Shown: positions 54,880 to 64,000 of the stretch, in pieces
How the letters are laid out: each line of letters begins with the position of its first letter
Numbering within the stretch: the stretch's first letter is position 1
Assembly (NCBI GenBank): GCA_951406725.2
Contig: OX597819.1
Location: 100,998,001 to 101,062,000, forward strand
Reading direction: 5' to 3'
Source of the DNA: Octopus vulgaris
Lineage: Eukaryota
DNA length: 64,000 nucleotides
Notes under the pieces: model-generated
What the model was told of the DNA's origin: nothing
Databases searched by the model: none
What the model saw: only the letters and a program-made list of their open reading frames with translations
Program-made: the position numbers and the translations under genes

Positions 54880-55679
54880 ATAGAGGATGGGATCAGACGT
54901 GCAACAGAAATCAACATAGAAACTTTAAGAAAAGTTTAACACAACAACACACCTTCCCCGAAAATACTACCTTACATATCCACATACAACCCCAGAAACA
55001 AAGAAGCCTTCACCATCATCACCCAGAATTTACCTATACTTCATAAGGACCCCAAACTAAAGGAAATTCTAAACATACATCAAATCATTAAAAGCTACAA
55101 ACAAACTAAATCACTTAAAAAGATTCTCACAAAGGCAAAATTGTTTTCTGAAATTACGGATGCAAAAGTTAAAAAATGTGGTAGACCGAATGTCCAAACC
55201 TGCTAGAAGGATCAGAATTCCTCTTCAAAGAGGGACAGAAATTCAAGATCAAATCTAATTTTACTTGTGCCTCTGAAAACATAATTTATGTCATAAAATG
55301 CTCGAGCTGCCACCAAGACTACGTGGGGTCCGCGGGACTATCACTCAGACGTAGATGCACACTGCATCGACAACAGATTGCATTCCCAGAATACAGAATG
55401 ATACCCTTTAGTGAGCACATTGAGAAATGCGCAAAGCAACTACTACCACAATTTCTAATCTTTCCATTTTACCAATGTGCTATCGGAACACCAACACATT
55501 TTAGACTAAACAAGGAAACATTCTTCATTGAAAAATACAAGCCCAAACTTAACCATTCCAACATACTTTTACAGAGAAATTCACTCCAAAAGAAAGGAAA
55601 AAAATTTAAGCGATTATCTCCCTTACACCGGAAGAAATCACTTATTACCTCCCCTTATCTAGAACTCTTCTCAACATAA
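54880..55679 (+). pseudogene. Penelope-like element 3' ORF: linker plus GIY-YIG endonuclease (Neptune-like)
   Basis: LPYISTYNP...KSLKKILTKAKL...KKCGRPN / FTCASENIIYVIKCSSCHQDYVG...LRRRCTLHRQQI...SEH...RLNKETFFIEKYKPKLN; one stop and a frameshift near 55190. Confidence 0.85.
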
Positions 55680-55898
55680 ACATAACGATAACTCTTCTCA
55701 ACATAACTCTTCTAAACATAACGGTCATTTCTTCTAAACTATGTCATTGTAAGGAAAAAAATTTATAACATTCTTCAGACATATTGACTCAAATATATAT
55801 TTTTTAACCTTTTAAAACAAGCCTTCTGTAGTTTTTTCCCTTTTTACTATTTTCTATATATTCAACCACGTGCTTTCACAAACCAACTTTCTCATCTC

Positions 55899-55982
<84 letters not shown>

Positions 55983-56395
55983 GGCGTATGAGTGGCTGTG
56001 TGGTAAGTAGCTTCCTTACCAACCACATGGTTCCGGGTTCAGTCTCACTGCGTGGCACCTTGGGCAAGTGTCTTCTGCTATAACCTCGGGCCCACCAAAG
56101 CCTTGTGAATTGATTTGGTAGACAGAAACTGAAAGAAGCCCGTCGTATATATGTATGTGTGTGTATATGTTTGTATGTCTGTGTTTGTCCCCCGAACATC
56201 GCTTGACAACAGATGCTGGTGTGTTTACGCCCCCGTAACTTAGCGGTTCGGCAAAATACACCGATAGAATAAGTACTAGGTTTACAAAGAATAAGTTCTG
56301 GGGTCGATTTGCTCAATTAAAAGGCGGTGCTCCAGCATGGCCACAGTCAAATGATTGAAACATGTTAGATGAGTAAAAAAAAGAGTAAAAAGAGT
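55983..56395 (+). mobile_element. Full-length SINE family A
   Basis: Colinear with the 21350 copy. Confidence 0.92.
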
Positions 56396-56559
56396 ATATA
56401 TATATAGACAGACATGCAAGAAGTAAATAGACACCTTCTTTCAGTTTCAAAATTTGTGATCAAAGCGTCTTAATGATTTTTCAGCGATGTATAATTTACA
56501 ATGTAATTATTCTTTTTCACTCCAGTTGCCATTATATTAAACATTTGCGAAGTGTAAGC

Positions 56560-56945
56560 ATGCCATGCACAAAAGTTTCAGCAGAACTGTCAGATTTCAA
56601 AAAGAGGTCGTATTGTTGGGCTATCTGAGGCTGGTCTTAGCGAAAAATCGCCGAAAATCTTCAAATTCTTCTTGTTACTGTTAATTGAATTATAGTGCAA
56701 TTCAAAAGCCAAGGAAAATAATCAACAGATTCTCGTCTCCGACGACCAAGTCACTCGGAGAGGAAGCTTCGATATTTGAAGAGAATTATTGAAAACGAAC
56801 CCTGTTCGAAGGCTTCTGTTATTGCAAAACAGCTCGAAGTTAGTCGAAGAACGTGTGTTACATATCTGCATAAGCTTGGGTATTATGGACGAGCAGCTAG
56901 AAGAAAACCACTCCTTCAACCAATTAACATTAAATAAAAGACTTT
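56560..56945 (+). pseudogene. Tc1-family transposase N-terminal remnant
   Basis: MPCTKVSAELSDF.RGRIVGLSEAGLS...YLHKLGYYGRAARRKPLLQP; same family as 16495-16900. Confidence 0.85.
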
Positions 56946-57044
56946 GAAAATTTAAGGTGTCCATTTACTTCCTGCATGTCTGTGTATGTATACACACACA
57001 CACACACACACACATTTATATATATTGTCTACGTATATTCTGGT

Positions 57045-57182
57045 CTTTGTGTCTGTGTTTATCCCACACCATCGCTTGACGACCGATGTTGATGGACATA
57101 AATCCCCGTAACTTAGCGGTTGGCAAAATGGGGCGATAGAATAAGTACTATGCTTAAAAACAATAAATCCTGGGGGCGATTT
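57045..57182 (+). mobile_element. SINE family A 3'-half fragment
   Basis: atcgcttgacgaccgatg...ccccgtaacttagcggtt...gatagaataagtacta. Confidence 0.8.
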
Positions 57183-57193
57183 ATTATTATGTG

Positions 57194-57220
<27 letters not shown>

Positions 57221-57227
<7 letters not shown>

Positions 57228-57417
57228 CAGAGGGAGAGAGAGATAAGTATATGTATTTATATATATTATATTGTATATACACTTTATATATACACAAACA
57301 ACACAGACACACAATACACACAATATTATGTCTGTGTTGTTTGTGTATATATAAAGTGTATATACAATATAATATATATGAATACATATACCTATCTCTC
57401 TCTCCCTCTGTCTCTCT
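57221..57417. repeat. Near-perfect palindrome (89-bp arms, 19-nt loop)
   Basis: 57221-57309 versus 57329-57417, two mismatches by eye. Confidence 0.9.
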
Positions 57418-57645
57418 ATCAATCTATATGTATGTATGCATGAATATATGTATGTATGCATGAATGGATATATATATATATAGTTATATATATATATATA
57501 TATATTACGGAGATGTACTCGCATAGCAAGTAATTTGATCTGAGATCGTGTGCTGAAACGAAAACAATTGCAGCGTGGGAGGTGTTTATAAGCCATTTAA
57601 GAAACACACAAAAGCCGTTCGATTCACTCCAACATTTAAGTTTAA

Positions 57646-57695
57646 TTTGTCAAAATATTTTCGTCGCTAAAATCCGCGACCTGTTCACTGACAAA
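57646..57695 (-). ncRNA. Hammerhead motif with G3-C8 swapped core
   Basis: tttgtca-GTGAACA-g-gtcgc ggatttta gcgac-GAAA-atat-TT-tgacaaa; 7-bp stem I, 5-bp stem II, palindromic AATATT. Confidence 0.65.
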
Positions 57696-57706
57696 GTCCG
57701 TGCTGC

Positions 57707-57760
<54 letters not shown>

Positions 57761-58643
57761 TCATACACACATACATAGTCTTATGTGTAGAGATGCACAT
57801 ATGGATATGTAGCTAATGTATGAATATAACATACATTGCGCGTGCAATTGTGTGTGTGAATGTGTGTGTCCGTGTGTCCGCACTTGCGAACTTTAATGTG
57901 CATGACTATCTTCACTCTGCCATCAATACTGCTACCACCACAACAATCATGAAACCATCTTCAAGGTGAGTTCAGCTGATCCTTCACCGCACACACCACT
58001 ACGAATAAGAACAACGGTAAGACCAGAAACTTCACCACCAGCATCAACACCAATAATACCGCAAGAACACCAATACCAACCCGAACGCCAACATCACAGA
58101 CACCTCCATCACTTATACGATCGCCAAAAACCCACTCCCACCATCATCGCTACTACCACCAACACCAAAACCGGCACCAACAACGTCAGCATCTTGTTTA
58201 TTCTGTGGCCTAAGACGGTCAAACTCAATATAAATGGCGGTAATATTCCCTGGACCTTAGAGGGATCCACCGGACGTGATTGTTTGATATAGCAATAATA
58301 CCTTCCCACACTTCCTTCTATGAACCCATCACACCCACACCCTAAACACCCCACTACCCTTATCACTTTCATTTTATCTTTAACTCCACAGCTGACTAAG
58401 ATTAGTCCGACCGCTTGGCAAACACCGCGGTTAATTAATCACAGAAACAAACACATACTCACACAGACGCTCAAGCTAACGATGTATGTGTATATATGTA
58501 TATATATATATATTTAAACATACATTTAGGTATTTATATATCTATATATGCATGTATGTATGTATATATATATATATATACATACACACACATAAACATA
58601 TGTAGAAACATAGATTTATACACACATATATCTAAGTATATAT

Positions 58644-58714
<71 letters not shown>

Positions 58715-59164
58715 TACCACACACATAAACAGACACACATATACATATGTAGACATAGATTTATACACTCAAATATATATAAGTATATATACAAATATAT
58801 ATGTATGTATATATATATATATATGTATATATATATTTATATATATATATATATTATTATACATATATTGCATATGTATATGCGTATGTGGGTATTTATA
58901 TATATATATATAATGTTTGCATGCCGGTATGTATATGTGTGTGTGCGTGTGTGTATGTGTGTGTGCGTCTGTGTGTGTGAGTGTATGTGTATATATATGT
59001 TTGTGTATGTGTGCGTGTGTATGTGTGTGTGGACATAACCTACGTTTACCAACGTCCGAAGACATTTATCACATATATGTGTGAACGTTTAGAAGCTGAA
59101 ATCACCGACTTGAAGGCGAGGTCAGTTGATCATTGCTTTCCCTTCTTCTGCTTCCTTTCCCACT

Positions 59165-59279
59165 TATCATCTTCATCATCATCGTCATCACCACCATCCA
59201 CCTCCTCTTCCTCCTCCTCATCATCATCAATATCATCATCATCATCACCATCACCACTACTGGCTCACCGCCACCACCA

Positions 59280-59357
<78 letters not shown>

Positions 59358-59506
59358 CAACATCATTTCCAAAACCTTCATGATCATCATTATTATCATC
59401 AATAACACTACTATCGCCTCAACCACCATCACTACAAGACCATGATTATTATCAGATATTGACCCATCTTCCTTCTCTAGAACCAGATTATTATCATCAT
59501 CATCAT

Positions 59507-59535
<29 letters not shown>
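59165..59535. repeat. (CAT)n/(ACT)n/(CAG)n compound array
   Basis: Direct reading. Confidence 0.9.
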
Positions 59536-59537
<2 letters not shown>

Positions 59538-59862
59538 GGCAATAGCAGCAATACCATTGCAGTCTCCTGCACCTCACTACCACACCACTATCACCACTGC
59601 TTCATTAATCATTACTGCCATCATCACCACTACTACGACCAATATCATTCCCATCGCGACAACCACCATCGACATTATCATCGTCGTCATCATCCGCATT
59701 CGCACCTTCCTTCTCATTATCTTCATCATGTTCACCTCAATCACCATCATCCTTCCTACCATCCTTGCTATGACCATCGTAGTCATCATCAAGTTAATCA
59801 TTTCTGCTTTGTTTTTTTTTTTATTTATATATATGTTTTGTGACAATACATATATATACATA

Positions 59863-60290
59863 GGCGCAGGAGTGGCTGTGTGGTAAGTAGCTTGCTTACC
59901 AACCACATGGTTCCGGGTTCAGTCCCACTGCGTGGGACCTTGCACAAGTGTCTTCTACTATAACCTCGGGCCGACCAAAGCCTTGTGAGTGGATTTGGTA
60001 GACGGAAACTGAAAGAAGCCTGTCGTATATATGTATATATATATAAATATATATATATATACGCGCGCGTGTGTGTGTGTGTTTGTGTGTCTGCCTTCGT
60101 CTCCCCAACATCGCTTGACAAACGATGCTGGTGTTTTTACGTCCCCGTAACTTAGCGGATCGGCAAAAGTGACGATAGAATAAGTACTAGGCTTACAAAG
60201 AATAAGTCCTGGGGTCGACTTGCTCGACTAATGGCGTTGCTCTAGCATGGCCGCAGCCAAATGACTGAAACAAGTAAAAGAATAAAAAGA
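59863..60290 (+). mobile_element. Full-length SINE family A
   Basis: Colinear with the 21350 copy. Confidence 0.92.
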
Positions 60291-60451
60291 ATAGAACATT
60301 TTGAGCTACAGTTCTTATAAGCTGTATTCTCTTGAAGGCGGAAATATTTAGCTGATATTTAATTTCAGTAAACAGAATAGTTTATTTATTAATCCTGCCC
60401 TCGGTATATCTGGTTCTATTGGCTAAATACATTTTCCTCTCACATTATTCC

Positions 60452-60676
60452 CTTTACTCTTTACTCTTTTACTTCTTTCAGTCATTTGACTGTGGCCATG
60501 CTGGAGCACCCCTTTTAGTGGAGCAAATCGACCCCAGAACTGATACTTTGCAAGTCTAGTACTTATTCCATCGGTCTCTTTTGTCGAACCGCTAAGTTAC
60601 GGGGACGTAAACACACCAACATCGGTTGTCAAGCGATGGTGGGGGGAAACCACAAATACAAAAACATATATCTATA

Positions 60677-60739
<63 letters not shown>

Positions 60740-60884
60740 ATATATATATATATATATATATATCAGCCGAAATTGCTAGGATGATCCGGTTCTTGCCTGG
60801 AGATTGAAGGCTTCGAATGTCCCGTCCGTGTTTTTTGCATCGTCTTCTTAATGTTTTACGTTCTTGCCCCAGTTTGTATTTTTG

Positions 60885-60940
<56 letters not shown>

Positions 60941-61330
60941 TAGCAGTATCACCCGGCGTTGCTCGGGTTTGTAAGGGAAATAACTATAAAGCATTTTTAG
61001 AGAGTTATAGCCAAAAAATAGCAAAAGAATGCATTAAAAATGGAAAAAAAATTATGGTAAACTTTTTTAAATCGTTGACTCATCGTAGACATTTTTAGAG
61101 AGTTACTTCCCTCATATAATAGCAAAAAATGCATTAAAATGGAAAAAAATGATGGTAAATTATTTTTAAAATCGTAGTCTCATCGTAGACGCGCGCTAAT
61201 ACCCAGAAGAGCTCGATATGAATCACGACTATAAGATACCCGGTTTTGGTTAAACTGCACCGCAAAATGTGGGAGTAGTTAGGAATCTAAATCGTAGGAG
61301 ACAGACACACAACCTTACTTTTATATATAA

Positions 61331-61388
<58 letters not shown>

Positions 61389-61548
61389 GACGGGCTTCTT
61401 TCAGTTTCTGTCTACCAAATCCGCTCACGAGGCTTTGCTCGGCCCGAGGGTATATAGTAGAAGACAGTGGCAGAAGATGCCACCCAGTGGGAGTGAACCC
61501 GGAACCATGTGGTTCGTAAGCAAGCTACTCACCACACAACCACTCCTC
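60452..61548 (-). mobile_element. SINE family A split by nested inserts
   Basis: 5' half 61387-61548 and 3' half 60452-60665; a Helitron and a 125-bp insert lie in its microsatellite. Confidence 0.8.
60940..61333 (-). mobile_element. Non-autonomous Helitron
   Basis: Minus strand TC...cccgagcaacgccggg...CTAG; internal duplication of about 100 bp. Confidence 0.85.
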
Positions 61549-63072
61549 AGAAATAATTTTAACACAATTATGAATGTTAGCAGCAGATGACTATTTTTCC
61601 TATGGCATGATCAACGTGAACCCTGTTGTCTCGGAGTAGATATCCTTTAGCTACATTCCACCGAATTTCTGTCAGGAGATCCTTGTAGAATCAAATATCG
61701 TTGAAATCGATATCGTCAAATAATTCCCCCCATGAATGATAAAAACTAACGCTGAACAGCCGATCGATTTATTCAATCAGTGAGAGGAATTTTACAATCA
61801 GTACGTTATAATTTTACTGTTTTGACGGAGATTTCAAAAACCAACTATCGTGCTCCAAATATATGATATTCTGCCCGCTTCACGTTCCGCACTAACAACA
61901 TTACCGCCATTTCTTTCTTTTTTTTTTCATTTTTACTTAATTCATTACCTCCACAACTATTCACTACTCTGTTTATTCTATATTAGCACGATTCGTGGAA
62001 ATTGCGATGTGTAAGTCAGCATATTTGAATATGTGTTTTTCCGTCTGCTGCTATATGCATCCGTCTAATATCATAATAGTGATAAATATTTAAATTTGAT
62101 AAAAATAAATCGGGGGGAAAACGAATAATGGTGATGCCTCAGTATGGCCACACACTTTATGACGTAAAATATGAAAACGTAACATCCACAGTTAAAGATA
62201 TTCCTCTTAGATTTAACTCTCCATTGATACATCATTTAAAGCATCAAATTATAAATCTCTGACATTACATTATTATATTAAACATTTTCGCTGTTCCAGC
62301 GATTTGAACACACAAATGCAATATATTCAGACCTTCCGCTCCTCTCTCTCCTGTTTTCTCTTTCTATGTCCGTGAGATGGTTGTGATCTATAAACAGTTT
62401 TGAGTGGGAACCGGAAAGGGAAGAATGAACACTTAATGCGCATGTGTACAGTCAATTCGTAAAACGGAAGAGAACAAAACGCAATCCGCATGTCAAAATA
62501 AAATGGAAGAGAGGAATAAAACAAGTTATATGATGGTGTGCATGTCACATCTGACACTACTATCACGTAGCCTTGCTGCCATTTTATTTTTGTCCTTTTT
62601 CTGCCTTTCTCTCTTACCTCCAATGGCGTTAGGCAAAATTAGATAGGTTGCAGGAAGACCGAGAATAATATTTTAAATGCTATAAATATTGTCAGTATTA
62701 CTTATAACAAAATGTATTCATATAGCTGACCACGAACATTACATACCGTCACACACTATGCACATATAACTTAGCCCGTTAGAGTTACACCTGTTTTGTA
62801 AGCAATTACTTTGCTTTAGTGGGTACATGGCACATTGTCTAATTAAAACGCTCAACACTGCAATAATCAAGCTATGTTACACGGCTTCCTCGGGAAGAGC
62901 GTACAGCTGAGGATTTCACAAGATTTCCATAAGCACATATGTTACAGCCTAGATTCGACAATTAAACGGAAGTTTTCTCAAGAAGGCCGGGAATCAATTT
63001 ATCTGAAATCAGATTGTGACCTGTAGCAACATAGAATGGGTAGATGAATTTCCTGTTAAATAATTGATTATA

Positions 63073-63590
63073 CAGGGTTAATGCAGAAAGAATGAACTGA
63101 TATCAATACACAGTATTTCAATAAGGAAAAGCAATAGAAAACTCCAGCTAAGTCACAAGTATTTACTCACAATCAACTTTTATTTCCTGTCTTACAAGTG
63201 TTCAGTGTGGTCACCACCTGCGGCACGGGCAACATCAATGTGATAAGAACATTCCTTCCAGATGCGTATCAGCATATCACGATCCACTGAGTTGATCACT
63301 TGTTATTCGATGTTTCAGGTCATCGATGTTAACAGGTAGCGGTGGAACATAAACGCGAGCTTTTACATAGCCCCACGATAAAACATCACACACGGTGAGC
63401 TCTCGGGATCTGGCAGGCCAAACAGATACGCGTCTAGGAGGAATTCTCTTATTGCATTGATGTTGCCGGGCTACAGGTAGCGGTTACATTGAACAATTGA
63501 AAGACAGAACATAAAAGTTGATTGTTAGTAAATACTCGTGACTTAAAATATTGCGTAATAGAATCGGTTCATCCTTTTTGAATGACCCTG
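63073..63590 (-). mobile_element. Internally deleted Tc1/mariner-superfamily element with both TIRs
   Basis: TA|cagggttaatgcagaaagaatgaactgat ... atcggttcatcctttttgaatgaccctg|TA; WPARSRELTVCDVLSWGYVKARVY (WPPRSPDL motif). Confidence 0.85.
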
Positions 63591-64000
63591 TATACTGAAT
63601 GGTAGAATGGTCAAGATGTCGACGTTCCGAGTTCGTTTCTACTGCGTAGCATGTGGGCCAAATGTCATGTCAAAGCCGTAATGCAACCCGTACTTCGTCA
63701 GTTAAACTGAAGAGACGGAAACAGTACATAAACGACGGAGTACAGATTTAAGTATACATACATACGTACGTTCGAACACACACATACACACACACACATA
63801 CACACATAAACACGGACACATACACACAGAGTTAAACATGCACATACAACCGCAAACATATACAGAGAGAAAGATAGACAGCCAGAAAAAATTTTTGTAC
63901 CAAAATTTGAAATAACTATCAGATTGGTAGAAGTAAAAGAGCGTTGGATGTCATGCCTAAGAATAATTTGTTATGGCTTTCTATACACTGAGTCGAAATA

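Noticed and set aside
55660-55740. Short direct repeats resembling a CRISPR array
   Set aside because: Irregular repeats of about 15 bp without unique spacers, in eukaryotic retroelement context.
61560-62000. Possible DNA polymerase B C-terminal fossil
   Set aside because: No diagnostic DTDS motif is readable.
63700-63735. ctgaagagacggaaacagta
   Set aside because: No stem II or stem I pairing; likely chance within a decayed repeat.

Overview
AT-rich, microsatellite-saturated eukaryotic non-genic DNA. The SINE families and repeat landscape suggest an octopus (inference). I find no intact host protein-coding gene: nearly all ORF-track entries are translated microsatellites or SINEs. The window holds three tRNA-headed SINE families, decayed LINEs (CR1-group, Tx1/L1), a Penelope-like (PLE) GIY-YIG fragment, Tc1/mariner remnants, two non-autonomous Helitrons, and several long inverted repeats, one enclosing telomeric TTAGGG repeats. 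The most notable signal is a set of about 8-10 minimal type I hammerhead ribozyme (HHR) motifs, mostly unrelated in sequence. They have palindromic stem III and mostly lie in short inserts next to (TA)n tracts. Their cores show C3-G8, U3-A8 and G3-C8 covariation and a recurrent U4C change. All alignments and folds were done by eye, so coordinates of decayed elements are approximate.
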